From contig OY970067.1 in NCBI GenBank assembly GCA_963705305.1, forward strand, positions 2,528,001-2,592,000: a stretch of DNA of 64,000 nt, given 5' to 3'. Each line of letters starts with the position of its first letter. Position 1 is the stretch's first letter. The notes below the pieces were generated by a model, which was not told the origin of the DNA, ran no database searches, and was given only the letters and a program-made list of their open reading frames with translations. Below, piece after piece: positions 1-9,945 of this stretch. The position numbers and the translations under genes are program-made. This stretch comes from an uncultured Methylomirabilota bacterium. GTDB taxonomy: Bacteria; Methylomirabilota; Methylomirabilia; Methylomirabilales; 2-02-FULL-66-22.

Positions 1-1
1 G

Positions 2-718
2 CTGAACGACGAGGCCGGGCTCGCCGGGATTCTGGGACACGAGATGACCCACGTGAACTCCCGCCACGGGGCCAAGCTGCTGACCCAGGCTCTAGGGGCC
101 CAGCTCGCCACGCTCATCGGGGTGGGGGCCGCCGCTGCCGCGGGCTCCGGCTCTGCCGCGAGCGGCATCGCCTTGATCTCCAACCACCTCACCAACTACA
201 TGCTCCTGGGATACGGTCGGGAGTTCGAGCAGGAGGCGGATGAGGGCGGCCTGCACTACTCCTACCAGGCTGGCTACGATCCACGCCGGATGGCGGTATT
301 CCTGCGAGATATGCGACGCATGGAGATCCTCACCGGCCAGACCCTGTATCACGGTTTCGAGGGGACCCACCCCGACACCAATATCCGGGTCGCCAAGGCG
401 GACACCATGGCGCGGCTCCTGGCGTCGCGGGGCGGGTCTATGGAGATCAAGGCCGACATGTACAAAGCCCACATGGAGGGGCTGAAATACGGTGACCCGG
501 AGGATGGCAAGCGCCTGAGGATCTACACAGTTCGGGCCGGGGATACCCTGGAGAGCATCGCGCGGGACCAGCTCCAGGATGCGGGGAGGCGGTTCGATCT
601 GGCCAGCCTCAACGGCCTCAGGGACGGCGCCGCTCTGCAGCCCGGTTCTCGCCTGAAACTGGTCGTGTCCAAGCGCGAGTATGATCAGGGGCTGAATCTC
701 CGCCTGAAGAAGGATTAG
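2..718 (+). CDS. M48 family metalloprotease with C-terminal LysM domain (5' partial)
   Basis: Frame open from base 2: LNDEAGLAGILGHEMTH (HExxH), then EQEADE and THP motifs; C-terminal YTVRAGDTLESIA...LNGL LysM pattern. Confidence 0.85.
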   Translation: MNDEAGLAGILGHEMTHVNSRHGAKLLTQALGAQLATLIGVGAAAAAGSGSAASGIALISNHLTNYMLLGYGREFEQEADEGGLHYSYQAGYDPRRMAVFLRDMRRMEILTGQTLYHGFEGTHPDTNIRVAKADTMARLLASRGGSMEIKADMYKAHMEGLKYGDPEDGKRLRIYTVRAGDTLESIARDQLQDAGRRFDLASLNGLRDGAALQPGSRLKLVVSKREYDQGLNLRLKKD

Positions 719-857
719 TCCTCTCGGCCCGGCTCGGTTCCCCGCGTCGCCCGCGGGGGCCGGGACCAAGAGTGGCACCGCCGGGTGGCGCCCTCATCCT
801 CGCTGTCCACCCAGAGATGGCTGCCGTCCTGCCCTTTCATGGAGGCCTCCGGCGATC

Positions 858-1568
858 GTGAGAAGCGTGACCGATGAGCCGGGGGCGGCGATCGAGCGGA
901 TGTTCTCGGCCATCGCCCCCCGCTACGACCTCCTGAACCGCTTACTGAGCGCAGGACGGGATCGTGTGTGGCGGCGTAGGGCGATCCGGGCCACCGATCT
1001 TCCCGCGCAGGGCCGGCTGCTGGATGTGTGCGCCGGGACGGCCGATATGGTGCTGGAGGCGGGCCGGCAGTTTCCCAAGGCGCGAATCCACGGGGTGGAC
1101 TTCAGCCGTCCCATGCTGGCGCGGGGGCTGGCCAAGGTCCAGGCCGCGGGGCTGGGGGGACGGGCGGCCCTGGAGGAGGCCCGGGCCGAGGCCCTGCCAT
1201 TTCCGGACGAGGCCTTTGACGCGGCGACGGTGGCCTTCGGCCTGCGGAACGTGCCGGATCGCCGGCGGGCGCTGACCGAGATGCAACGGGTGCTGCGTCC
1301 CGGCGGGCGGGCCGTCGTCCTGGATTTTGTCACGCCGCCGGGTCGGATCTTTCGCGGGGCGTATCTCTGGTACTTCCAGCGCGTCCTGCCGCGGATTGGC
1401 CGGTGGGTCTCGGGGCATCCCTCCGCCTACGCCTACCTCCCGGCTTCGGTGGCCGACTTTCCCGCTCCGGTAAAGCTGGCCGCCTTGATGCGGGAGGTCG
1501 GCTTCGTCGAGGTGACCCACACGCTCTATACCGGAGGGATCGTCGCCGTGCATGTCGGCGTGAAATGA
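858..1568 (+). CDS. ubiE: Demethylmenaquinone methyltransferase UbiE/MenG
   Basis: MFSAIAPRYDLLNRLLS, LDVCAGTAD SAM motif, AFGLRNV, AYAYLPASV. Confidence 0.9.
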   Translation: MRSVTDEPGAAIERMFSAIAPRYDLLNRLLSAGRDRVWRRRAIRATDLPAQGRLLDVCAGTADMVLEAGRQFPKARIHGVDFSRPMLARGLAKVQAAGLGGRAALEEARAEALPFPDEAFDAATVAFGLRNVPDRRRALTEMQRVLRPGGRAVVLDFVTPPGRIFRGAYLWYFQRVLPRIGRWVSGHPSAYAYLPASVADFPAPVKLAALMREVGFVEVTHTLYTGGIVAVHVGVK

Positions 1569-1639
1569 ACAGCCTGGGGGAAAGCGGGTTCTTCGGCACC
1601 CTTTAGCTCTCAGCGGGCAGCCTGCGCCGAGTGCATCGG

Positions 1640-1662
1640 GCTGACCGCTGACTGCTGACTGC
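1640..1662 (+). repeat. Short GCTGAC(C/T) heptamer tandem repeat
   Basis: GCTGACC GCTGACT GCTGACT GC between ubiE and the prenyltransferase gene. Confidence 0.45.
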
Positions 1663-1677
1663 CGTGAGCGGTGAGGA

Positions 1678-2535
1678 ATGCTCCAGAAGCTGCGAACGTA
1701 CCTCGAGATGATCCGCTTCTCGCACACGGTCTTCGCCCTGCCGTTCGCCCTCATGGGGGCGGTGCTGGCGGCGGGGGGGATCCCCGCGGGGCGGGCGCTC
1801 TCCTGGATCCTGGTGGCCATGGTGGGGGCCAGGAGCGGCGCCATGGGGATGAACCGGATCGCCGACCGCCATCTGGACGCCATGAATCCCCGCACGCGGA
1901 GGCGGGCCATCCCGCAGGGACGCATTGCGGCCGGCGAGGCGCTCGCGTTCGTGCTGGTCTCGTTCGGGATCTTCCTGCTGGCGGCGTGGATGCTCAACCC
2001 GCTCTGCTTCACCCTGGCCCCTGGGGCCATCGTGGTCCTCGCCGGGTACTCCTACACGAAGCGCTTCACCGTCCTGTCCCACGTCATCCTAGGGCTGTCC
2101 CTGGGGCTGGCGCCCCTGGGCGCGTGGATCGCCGTCACCGGCGCCATTGCCCTGGCTCCGCTGGTTCTCGGCGCGGCGGTCCTGTTCTGGGTGGCGGGCT
2201 TCGATGTCGTCTATGCGCTGCTGGATGTTGAATTCGACCGGCAGACCGGCCTGTTTTCCCTGCCTGCGCGCTTCGGCGAGCAGCGCGGCCTGGCCGTGGC
2301 GCGGCTCTTCCACGGTCTCACCGTCCTCTGCCTGGGCCTGCTGATCCCGCTGCTGGATCTGGGGAGGGTGTATGCGGCGGGCCTGGTGCTGGCGGCAGGC
2401 CTCCTGGTCTACCAGCACATCCTGCTGCGCCGGCATGGATTGACCAAGGTCGAGGTCGCCTGCTTCAACGTCAACGCCATCCTGAGCCTGGGGATGCTGG
2501 CCTGCACCCTGGGCGATCTCCTGCTGTCAAAATAG
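1678..2535 (+). CDS. UbiA-family prenyltransferase (MqnP/UbiA-like)
   Basis: HTVFALPFA, NRIADRHLDAMNPRT, YSYTKRFT, GFDVVYALLDVEFD; multiple hydrophobic helices. Confidence 0.88.
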   Translation: MLQKLRTYLEMIRFSHTVFALPFALMGAVLAAGGIPAGRALSWILVAMVGARSGAMGMNRIADRHLDAMNPRTRRRAIPQGRIAAGEALAFVLVSFGIFLLAAWMLNPLCFTLAPGAIVVLAGYSYTKRFTVLSHVILGLSLGLAPLGAWIAVTGAIALAPLVLGAAVLFWVAGFDVVYALLDVEFDRQTGLFSLPARFGEQRGLAVARLFHGLTVLCLGLLIPLLDLGRVYAAGLVLAAGLLVYQHILLRRHGLTKVEVACFNVNAILSLGMLACTLGDLLLSK

Positions 2536-2600
2536 AGGACCGGCCTAGCTGACAGCCAGGCCGGTCTCCCCGCAGGGCTTTCGCGATCCGGAGACGCCGC

Positions 2601-3665
2601 CTACTTGGCTCCCAGCTTCTGGATGATGCGGCGGTAGTTCAGGCGGTCGTGCAGCAGCTCCCGAGCGCGGGCAACCTTCTTGGTCTCGCGGATTCGGATG
2701 CGGCCGAGCACGGCCTCCAGCCTCTCCACCGTGGTGAGGGTGTCGTAGCGGGCGATGATCATCGGGACCCCCAGCTCTTGGGCACGCCCGATGATGACGG
2801 CGTTGGGCATCTGATCGCCGGTCAGGACCAGGCACTTGGTGGAGGTCTCCAGGGCGGCCAGCTGGATGTCCGCATGGCTTCCCCCGGTGATGACGGCCTT
2901 GTTGGGCAGCTTCTGGAAGTACCCCAGGGCGTGCTCCACATCCATGGCGCCGACGCTGAACCGCTCCACGAACTCGTCCAGCTTGTCCTCGCAACAGATC
3001 ACCTTGCCGTCCAGGGTGTCCACGATCTGGCGAACGGTGATGGCGTCCAGCAGCCGGTCCAGGGGCAGGACCCCCAGGACCTCGATCCCCTTGGTCCCGA
3101 GGAAGGGAACGATCATCTGCTCGACCTCGGGCAGCCCCTGCGGCGGGACGCGGTTCAGGATGACCCCGACAAGCTGGTCCCCCAGAAGCTCCTTGGCCAT
3201 GAGGATGCAATCCGCACACACCTCGTTGACGTAGGGATCGACCAGCAGCACGGGGGCCTTGAACTGTCTGGCCAGCCAGGGTCCCGAGATCCCCAGGAAA
3301 GCTCCATCCCACAAGGTGCCTGCGCCGCCGATGAGGACGACGTCTTTCCCCTGGGAGACGGCCTCAAATGCCCGCTGGATCCTCGGCCAGATGTCCTCCA
3401 CCTCGCCGCGCAGCCCCCGGGCCACCAGATCCTGCGTCAGGACCACCGGACAGATCTGCTCCAGGGGCTCGGACAGGCCGAGGGCCTCGCGGAGGAACTG
3501 GGCGTCGGCGTCCACGACCTTGCCCTTGACGGTCGTCGGCTGCTTGCCCAGCGGCTTCAGGTAGCCCACCGAGTAGCCGTTCTCCTGGAGGGCCGGCGCC
3601 AGGCCGATGCTGATCATCGTCTTCCCGGAATTCTCGTGGGTCGACCCTATGAATAAGGTCCGCAT
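2601..3665 (-). CDS. Phosphotransacetylase-family protein (BioD-like P-loop plus DRTGG domain, no catalytic Pta domain)
   Basis: Start MRTLFIGSTHENSGKT, GYLKPLG, VGAM and ITGG motifs; only the last 354 aa of the 1039 aa ORF look real. Confidence 0.8.
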   Translation of the reverse strand: MRTLFIGSTHENSGKTMISIGLAPALQENGYSVGYLKPLGKQPTTVKGKVVDADAQFLREALGLSEPLEQICPVVLTQDLVARGLRGEVEDIWPRIQRAFEAVSQGKDVVLIGGAGTLWDGAFLGISGPWLARQFKAPVLLVDPYVNEVCADCILMAKELLGDQLVGVILNRVPPQGLPEVEQMIVPFLGTKGIEVLGVLPLDRLLDAITVRQIVDTLDGKVICCEDKLDEFVERFSVGAMDVEHALGYFQKLPNKAVITGGSHADIQLAALETSTKCLVLTGDQMPNAVIIGRAQELGVPMIIARYDTLTTVERLEAVLGRIRIRETKKVARARELLHDRLNYRRIIQKLGAK

Positions 3666-3787
3666 CGCATGTCTCCCTTCTTGCGGAAGGGACGCCCGAC
3701 CCCGGAGGGCCGGCGTTGCCCTCGATGTCGAAGTCCGCTTTACCGCGTGCGGCGGGCCGGGGGCCCGTCCCGGCCGCCGGGCGCCGC

Positions 3788-5881
3788 TCAGCCGGCCAAG
3801 GCCAGGCGGGCGTCGATGGCCACGCCGCCGCCGCCTTCGGGCTTGACCAGCAGGGGGTTGATATCCAGCTCCAGGATCTCGGGGAAATCCAGACAAAGCT
3901 GCGAGAGTCTCCCCAGGGCGTCCACGATCGCGGCCAGGTCCGAGGGCTTCTCCCCGCGGACCCCGCCCAGCAAGGGGAAGGAGCGGATCTCGCGGATCAT
4001 GGCGTTGGCCTCGTCGGGCCCGATGGGGGCCACACGGAACGCCACGTCCTTGAGCACCTCGACGTAGATCCCCCCCAGCCCGAACATCAGCAGCGGTCCG
4101 AACTGGGGATCCCGGGTCATGCCCAGGATGACTTCCTTGCCTCCCACCACCATCTCCTGGATGGCGATCCCATGAATGGCCGCATTGGGGAAGAGACGCC
4201 GGACGTTGGCGTCGATGGCGGCAAAGCCCTCGGCGACGGACGCCGCGTCCGCCAGTCCCAGGCGGACGCCGCCCACGTCGGTCTTGTGCAGAATGTCGGG
4301 GGACACGATCTTGAGGGCCACCGGGAAGCCAATCCGTTCTGCCGCGGCCGCGGCCTCGTCCACGGTGCGGGTCACCACGTTCTGCGGCAGGCGGAAGCCG
4401 TAGGCGGCGATGACCTCGCGGGCCTCCCGCTCGCCGAGCTGCGTCCGGCCCTGCCGGCGGGACTCCCGGAACACCGCCGCCACCCGCTCCCGGTCCACGG
4501 GATACTCGCGCGGCGGCGCGAGCTTGGTGTCCAGCCACTGGCGGTACTTGACCATGGCTTCGAAGGTCCGGACCGCGGGCTCCGGGTACGGGTACTGCGG
4601 CACGCCGTAGTTCCGGAGGATCACCCGGGCCTTGGGCAGGCTGGCCTCGCCCATGAAGGCGGTGAAGAACGGCTTGCCGACCTGCTTGGACGTCAGGCCG
4701 ACCACCTCGGCGAACTTCTCGTTGTCCGTCATGGCCTGGGGGGTAGACAGGGCCAGGACGCCGTCCACGTTGGGATCGGCGGCGACGATCTCCAGGGCCG
4801 CCTTGTAGCGATCCTCCCTGGCGTCCCCGATGACGTCCACCGGGTTGTAGAACGCCGCGGTGGGCGGCAGGACGGCCCGCAGTCGCTCGACGGTCGCGGG
4901 AGTCAGGCTGGCCATATTGGCCACGGAGCGCTCCACCGCGTCGGCGGCGATGATCCCGGGACCGCCGGCGTTGGTCACGATGCAGAGGTGCGGCCCTTTG
5001 GGCAGCGGCTGGTAGGCGAAGGCCCGGGCGAAGTTGAACAGCTCCTCGATGCTCTCGGCCCGGAGGACGCCGGATTGATGGAAGGCGGCAGTGAAGGCCT
5101 TCTCGGAGCCGGCGAGGGTGCCGGTGTGCGAGGAGGCGGCGCGGGCACCCGCGGCCGTGCCGCCCGACTTCACGATGATGAGCGGCTTGTTCCGGCTGGC
5201 GACCTTGGCGGCCTCCATGAAGCGGCGGCCGTCCTCGACCCCCTCGATGTAGCCGATCACCACGCGGGTCTCCGGATCCGCACCCAGGGCTTCGATGAAG
5301 TCCACCTCGGAGGTGTCGGCCTTGTTTCCCAGGCTGATGAACTTGGAGAATCCCACGTCGTTGCCGATGGCCCAGTCCAGGATGGCCGTGCAGAGGGCGC
5401 CCGACTGGGAAAGGAAGGCGATCTCGCCCACCGGGGGCATGCCGGCGGCGAAGGTGGCGTTGAGCCGGCTCTTGGTGTCGATGATCCCGAGACAGTTCGG
5501 GCCCACCACCCGCACCCCCAGTTCTCGCACCCGCGTCCGCAGGGCCCGCTCGAGCTCGGCCCCCTCGCCGCCGACCTCCTTGAAACCGGCCGAGATCACC
5601 ACGGCATGGCGGATGCCGCGGGCCGCGCAGGCCTCCAGCGCCGGCAGGCAGGCTTTGGGAGGAATGACCAGGACAGCCAGGTCGGCGTCGGGCGGCACGT
5701 CGCCGAGGTCCGGGACGCACTTCAGACCGAGAATCTCGCTGGCCTTAGGATTGACGGGGTAGATGGGGCCCGGAAAGCCGCCCCGGACGAGGTTGAGGAC
5801 GATGCTGAAGCCGACCTTCCCCTCCTCCCGAGAGGCTCCAATGACCGTCACGGCCTTGGGTTTGAAAAATCCATCGAGCAT
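3788..5881 (-). CDS. ADP-forming acyl-CoA synthetase, alpha-beta fused (CoA-binding domain first, ATP-grasp last)
   Basis: VIGAS, GPNCLG, SQSGA, ASSHTG phospho-His motif, NPVD, ILHKTDVGGV, DPQFGP, LDINP. Confidence 0.9.
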   Translation of the reverse strand: MLDGFFKPKAVTVIGASREEGKVGFSIVLNLVRGGFPGPIYPVNPKASEILGLKCVPDLGDVPPDADLAVLVIPPKACLPALEACAARGIRHAVVISAGFKEVGGEGAELERALRTRVRELGVRVVGPNCLGIIDTKSRLNATFAAGMPPVGEIAFLSQSGALCTAILDWAIGNDVGFSKFISLGNKADTSEVDFIEALGADPETRVVIGYIEGVEDGRRFMEAAKVASRNKPLIIVKSGGTAAGARAASSHTGTLAGSEKAFTAAFHQSGVLRAESIEELFNFARAFAYQPLPKGPHLCIVTNAGGPGIIAADAVERSVANMASLTPATVERLRAVLPPTAAFYNPVDVIGDAREDRYKAALEIVAADPNVDGVLALSTPQAMTDNEKFAEVVGLTSKQVGKPFFTAFMGEASLPKARVILRNYGVPQYPYPEPAVRTFEAMVKYRQWLDTKLAPPREYPVDRERVAAVFRESRRQGRTQLGEREAREVIAAYGFRLPQNVVTRTVDEAAAAAERIGFPVALKIVSPDILHKTDVGGVRLGLADAASVAEGFAAIDANVRRLFPNAAIHGIAIQEMVVGGKEVILGMTRDPQFGPLLMFGLGGIYVEVLKDVAFRVAPIGPDEANAMIREIRSFPLLGGVRGEKPSDLAAIVDALGRLSQLCLDFPEILELDINPLLVKPEGGGGVAIDARLALAG

Positions 5882-6000
5882 CACGGTATCCTCTCTGACC
5901 TTCACCGGTGGAGACAATGGGATTGGACAGGGAGGCGCCCGGAAGAGATCCGGTTCACACCCCGACAGTGGGCGAGAACGGCAGGCGGCAGCGTGCGGCC

Positions 6001-7065
6001 TCAGCCCTCCCTCCCGACAAGCTTGAGGGCCTCACGCACGAGCTCGTCGGGGCTCATGACCATGCCGCCCACCCGGCCGTAAAAGGCCACAGGGGGGCCG
6101 CCCGCGACGTGATAGCGCACGTCCTCCAGCATCTGGCCGCAGGAGAGCTCGGAGACCAGGATGTGCGGCGTTTTCCCGGCCGCCCGGGCCAGCGCCTCGC
6201 CCGGGTAGGGGAACAGCGTGATCGGCCGGAACAGCCCCGCCCTCACCCCGCGCGCCTTGAGGGCCTCGATGGCGCTCTTGCAGATGCGGGCCACGGTGCC
6301 GTAGGCCACGAAGAGGACGTCCACGGCTCCGTCCAGGTTCCATTCCTCGTGGCGGCATTCGTGCTCCGCCATGGCGGCGTACTTTGCGGCGAGCTTCCAA
6401 TTGTGGGCTTCCAGCTTCTCGGGATCCAGGTACAGGGAGTTGACGATGTTGGGCGCGCGGCCTGCGGCCCCCGTAGTGGCCCAGGGCTTGGGGGGGAGAT
6501 CCTGGGGGTCGACCGATTTGGAGAACTCCACCGGCTCCATCATCTGGCCGATGAGACCGTCGCCCAGAACCATGACCGGGTTCCGGTAGGTGTCGGCCAG
6601 CTCGAAGGCCTCCTGCACCAGATCCGCCGCCTCCTGAACGGTGGAGGGGGCGAGGACCAGGCAGCGGTAATCTCCGTGGCCGCCGCCCTTGACCGCCTGC
6701 AGGTAGTCCGACTGGGAGGGGAGGATGCCGCCCAGGCCGGGGCCGCCCCGCATGATGTTGACGATCACCACCGGCAGCTCAGCGCCCGCGATGTAGGAGA
6801 CCCCTTCCATCATGAGGCTGATGCCGGGACCGGAGGAGGAGGTGAAGCAGCGGCAGCCGGCCCCCGCGGCCCCGTAGAGCATGTTGCTGGCCGCCACCTC
6901 GCTCTCGGCCTGCACGAAGGTCCCGCCAACCTGGGGCAGGCGCGCGGCCAGGTATTCGGGGATCTCGTTCTGGGGGGTGATGGGATAGCCGAAAAAGAGA
7001 CGGCAGCCCGCCTGGATCGCCGCCTCGCCGATCGCCTCACATCCCTTCATGAGCTTCTTGGCCAT
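6001..7065 (-). CDS. vorB: 2-oxoacid:ferredoxin oxidoreductase alpha subunit (VorB-like)
   Basis: MKGCEAIGEAA, GYPITPQ, QAESE, SSSGPG, RGGPGLG, GGGHGDY. Confidence 0.85.
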   Translation of the reverse strand: MAKKLMKGCEAIGEAAIQAGCRLFFGYPITPQNEIPEYLAARLPQVGGTFVQAESEVAASNMLYGAAGAGCRCFTSSSGPGISLMMEGVSYIAGAELPVVIVNIMRGGPGLGGILPSQSDYLQAVKGGGHGDYRCLVLAPSTVQEAADLVQEAFELADTYRNPVMVLGDGLIGQMMEPVEFSKSVDPQDLPPKPWATTGAAGRAPNIVNSLYLDPEKLEAHNWKLAAKYAAMAEHECRHEEWNLDGAVDVLFVAYGTVARICKSAIEALKARGVRAGLFRPITLFPYPGEALARAAGKTPHILVSELSCGQMLEDVRYHVAGGPPVAFYGRVGGMVMSPDELVREALKLVGREG

Positions 7066-7075
7066 GGACCGCTCC

Positions 7076-7636
7076 TTACGACGCGGCGACAACCGCGGCC
7101 TTCTCCCGTCCGAGGGCGAAGCCGCGGGAGAGGGCCTCGTGGTTGACTGCCACCAGCGCGGGTTTGGCGGCAAAGGACTCGGCCACGATGGCCTTCACCT
7201 GCTCCAGCTCGGCGACGCCGCTGGCCCCCACGTAGGCACCCAGGGCCACCATGTTTGCCGCCAGGGGGCTGCCGCACTGGATAGCCAGCTCGTTGGCCGG
7301 CACGGCGACCACCGCCACATCCGTCCGACTGGGCAGACGGTTGATCAGAGAGGTGTTGACCACAACGATGCCTCCCGGTCGCACCGCGTCCTCGAACTTG
7401 TCGAGCGACGGCAGATTCAGGGCGATGAGGCCGTGGGGGGATTTGCTGATCGGCGAGCCGATCGGCCGGTCGGAGAGCACCACCGTGCAGTTGCAGGTCC
7501 CGCCCCGCATCTCCGGGCCGTACGCGGGCATCCAGGTGACCTCGCGTCCCGCCCGCATGCCGGCGTAGGCCAACACCTTGCCGATGAGGAGAACGCCCTG
7601 CCCCCCGAATCCCGCCAGCACAATCTCGGTATGCAT
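7076..7636 (-). CDS. 2-oxoacid:acceptor oxidoreductase gamma subunit
   Basis: LAGFGGQGV, YGPEMRGG, NMVALGA. Confidence 0.88.
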   Translation of the reverse strand: MHTEIVLAGFGGQGVLLIGKVLAYAGMRAGREVTWMPAYGPEMRGGTCNCTVVLSDRPIGSPISKSPHGLIALNLPSLDKFEDAVRPGGIVVVNTSLINRLPSRTDVAVVAVPANELAIQCGSPLAANMVALGAYVGASGVAELEQVKAIVAESFAAKPALVAVNHEALSRGFALGREKAAVVAAS

Positions 7637-7638
7637 GG

Positions 7639-8604
7639 CTATCGCTCCGTCTCCTTGACTACCCCCTGCGCGGGGGTCTTGAACTCCCCGAGCGGGTAGT
7701 ACGGGATCATGTGCTCCGCCAGCCATCCGGCAGCCGCGTGGGGCTGCAATCCCCACCCCGTGGGACAGGTGGACAGGACCTCCACCAACGAGAAGCAGGT
7801 GCCGTCGGCCTGAAGCTGAAAGGCCGTCCTGATCACCTTGCGCGCCTGGAGGATGGCCTTCGGCTCGTGGACCGAAACGCGCGCCAGGTAGGCCGGAGTC
7901 TTCAACTCCTTCAGCAGCTCGACCACGCGGATGGGGTAGCCCGCCAGCGCCACATCACGGCCGTGCGGGCTGGTAGAGGCCGCCTGGCCGGGAAGGGTGG
8001 TGGGAGCCATCTGGCCGCCCGTCATGCCGTAGATGGCATTGTTCACAAAGATGACCGTGATCTTCTCCCCGCGGTTGGCGGTGTGGACGGTCTCGGCCAT
8101 GCCGATGGAGGCCAGGTCGCCGTCCCCCTGGTAGGTGAAGACGATCAGGCCGGGCCGGCCGCGCTTGATGCCCGTGGCCACGGCCATGGCGCGGCCGTGG
8201 GCGGCCTCCTGCATGTCGCAATTGAGATAGTCATAGGCGAGCACGGAACAGCCCACCGGGGCCACGCCGACCGTGCGCTCTCGCACGCCCAGCGCGTCGA
8301 TGGCCTCGGCCACCAGCCGGTGGATGACGCCGTGGGTACAGCCCGGGCAGTAGTGCATGGGGATGTCGGCGAGCGCCGCGGGACGTGTGGTGGCCTTTCC
8401 CTTGTGCTCCACCTGGATGGCCACGTCCGGGCAGACCAGCGCGCAATGGCGGCAGGCGTTGCAGTCATCGGGATGCTCGACTATGGGAAAGAAATAGCCT
8501 CGCGCGTTGATCTCGTGGGACATGGCCAGGACGTGAGACTGGCAAGCGCTCACGCAGAGCCCGCACCCCTTGCACCGATCCTTCTCCACGAGGACGGTCG
8601 GCAT
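7639..8604 (-). CDS. Fused 2x[4Fe-4S] ferredoxin (delta) plus TPP-binding beta subunit of 2-oxoacid oxidoreductase
   Basis: [11 protein letters not shown] and [12 protein letters not shown], then [29 protein letters not shown]. Confidence 0.88.
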   Translation of the reverse strand: MPTVLVEKDRCKGCGLCVSACQSHVLAMSHEINARGYFFPIVEHPDDCNACRHCALVCPDVAIQVEHKGKATTRPAALADIPMHYCPGCTHGVIHRLVAEAIDALGVRERTVGVAPVGCSVLAYDYLNCDMQEAAHGRAMAVATGIKRGRPGLIVFTYQGDGDLASIGMAETVHTANRGEKITVIFVNNAIYGMTGGQMAPTTLPGQAASTSPHGRDVALAGYPIRVVELLKELKTPAYLARVSVHEPKAILQARKVIRTAFQLQADGTCFSLVEVLSTCPTGWGLQPHAAAGWLAEHMIPYYPLGEFKTPAQGVVKETER

Positions 8605-8628
8605 ACGCCACTCCTTCTCCGAACCCAG

Positions 8629-9405
8629 TCACACCACGCTCGGCCGCCGGGGCACCCCTGGCGGCGGCGGCATGAACGGGGCGACGATGTACCGCTCCAG
8701 CGGCAGGATCGGCAGGCCGTCGGCCTCCCCTCCCGATCCGCTGACCCCACGGACCAGCCCGGCGAGCATGGCGCAGAAGCGGAGCGGGATGCCTGTCGCC
8801 GCCGCCAGCTCCCGTGCCGCGCAGATCCCCGCCATGACGATCTCCACCGTCGTTTCCTGCATCAGGTGCGTGTTGGCCACCAGGCCGGTCACCGGCATCC
8901 GGGCGGCGGCCTGCACATCGAGCAGCATGGCGCGCCGGGACGCCAGATCCTCCGCGAACGGCCGCCTGCCGTTCACCACGAAGAGCAGGTCCGTGGAGAC
9001 CGGATCCAGCAGATCCCCGAAGCTCCCCAGCACCCGGGCGCCGAGATCGCTACCCCCCACATCGTAGATGACCCGGCCATCCTTCCCATCACGGCCAGCC
9101 GCTCGCGCTTCGGGGACGAGGATGGGCAGGTCGGAGTAGAAGCGGTCGCCCCCGGGGGCCACCAGCCGAATTCCCCGGGCCTCCAACTCGTCTTTCGCCA
9201 GCCGGCAGCGGAAGTACGGCTTAACCAGGTCCAGGTCCACGAGGGTCACGGCGGCGCCGCCCTGGCGCAGGCCGAGGGCGAGGTTGATGGCGATCTCGGT
9301 CTTTCCGCTGCCGGCATGCCCCACCAGGATCGTGCTCGAACGCAACGGCAAGTCCAGGGCCGACCCGCCGGGTGCGTCGCCGACACCGACCGCATTCCTC
9401 TGCAC
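8629..9405 (-). CDS. P-loop ATP-binding protein associated with the Vor-type operon
   Basis: GHAGSGKT Walker A, DLDLVKPYFR, DVGG, NTHL; GTG start chosen from upstream purine-rich RBS. Confidence 0.7.
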   Translation of the reverse strand: MQRNAVGVGDAPGGSALDLPLRSSTILVGHAGSGKTEIAINLALGLRQGGAAVTLVDLDLVKPYFRCRLAKDELEARGIRLVAPGGDRFYSDLPILVPEARAAGRDGKDGRVIYDVGGSDLGARVLGSFGDLLDPVSTDLLFVVNGRRPFAEDLASRRAMLLDVQAAARMPVTGLVANTHLMQETTVEIVMAGICAARELAAATGIPLRFCAMLAGLVRGVSGSGGEADGLPILPLERYIVAPFMPPPPGVPRRPSVV

Positions 9406-9484
9406 GCTCCATCCCCTCGACTTCGCCCTCCGCCCGGTCGGCGACGAGCAGGCCTCGGACTGCCGCACGAATCCTCCACGCATA

Positions 9485-9513
9485 ACATTAGGATGAGGTC
9501 CGGCCGAAGTCAA
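9485..9513 (-). promoter_or_regulatory. Putative sigma70 promoter of the ATPase-vor-acd operon
   Basis: Minus strand TTGACT-N17-TAATGT. Confidence 0.55.
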
Positions 9514-9540
9514 GCGCGGTCCCTGCGTGCCTGCGGCGTG

Positions 9541-9945
9541 TCACTCCCTGGCGCCGCCCGCGCCGAAGAAATTCGCATCGCCGTAGAGGCCCGCATTCTC
9601 GCCGTAGGCCCGGACGTGCTCCTTCGTCACGAGGTAGGTGGCGTGCTCACCGTACCTGCGGGAGAAGTAGACGCGACCCTTGGTGCCGTCTTCGAGCCGG
9701 AACCCGATCTCCGCCAGGTGTTCGCTGGTCTCGCTCCGCAGGCGGGCCCCGCAGGCCGGGCAGAGGAACTCCACCTCTTCGCCGGGCCGCAGCTTCACAT
9801 CCCCCGGCAGGATCATGCTGTAGTCCCCCACCCGGGGGCTGAGGAGGATGAGGCAGCGGCGCCGCTGCCTCTCCAGGGTGAGGATGATCTTCACGTTCGG
9901 GTTGAGTGTTGCGCGGCACGTCAGACAGAAGAAGGTGCGCCTCAT
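9541..9945 (-). CDS. Hypothetical protein with two CxxC motifs (Zn-binding?)
   Basis: FCLTC and LCPAC motifs, FSRRYGEHATY; start overlaps stop of upstream gene (TGATG). Confidence 0.7.
   Translation of the reverse strand: MRRTFFCLTCRATLNPNVKIILTLERQRRRCLILLSPRVGDYSMILPGDVKLRPGEEVEFLCPACGARLRSETSEHLAEIGFRLEDGTKGRVYFSRRYGEHATYLVTKEHVRAYGENAGLYGDANFFGAGGARE

Noticed and set aside
2601..5720. 1039 aa ORF
   Set aside because: The N-terminal two thirds are an Arg/Gly-rich shadow frame over the acyl-CoA synthetase; only 2601-3665 is real
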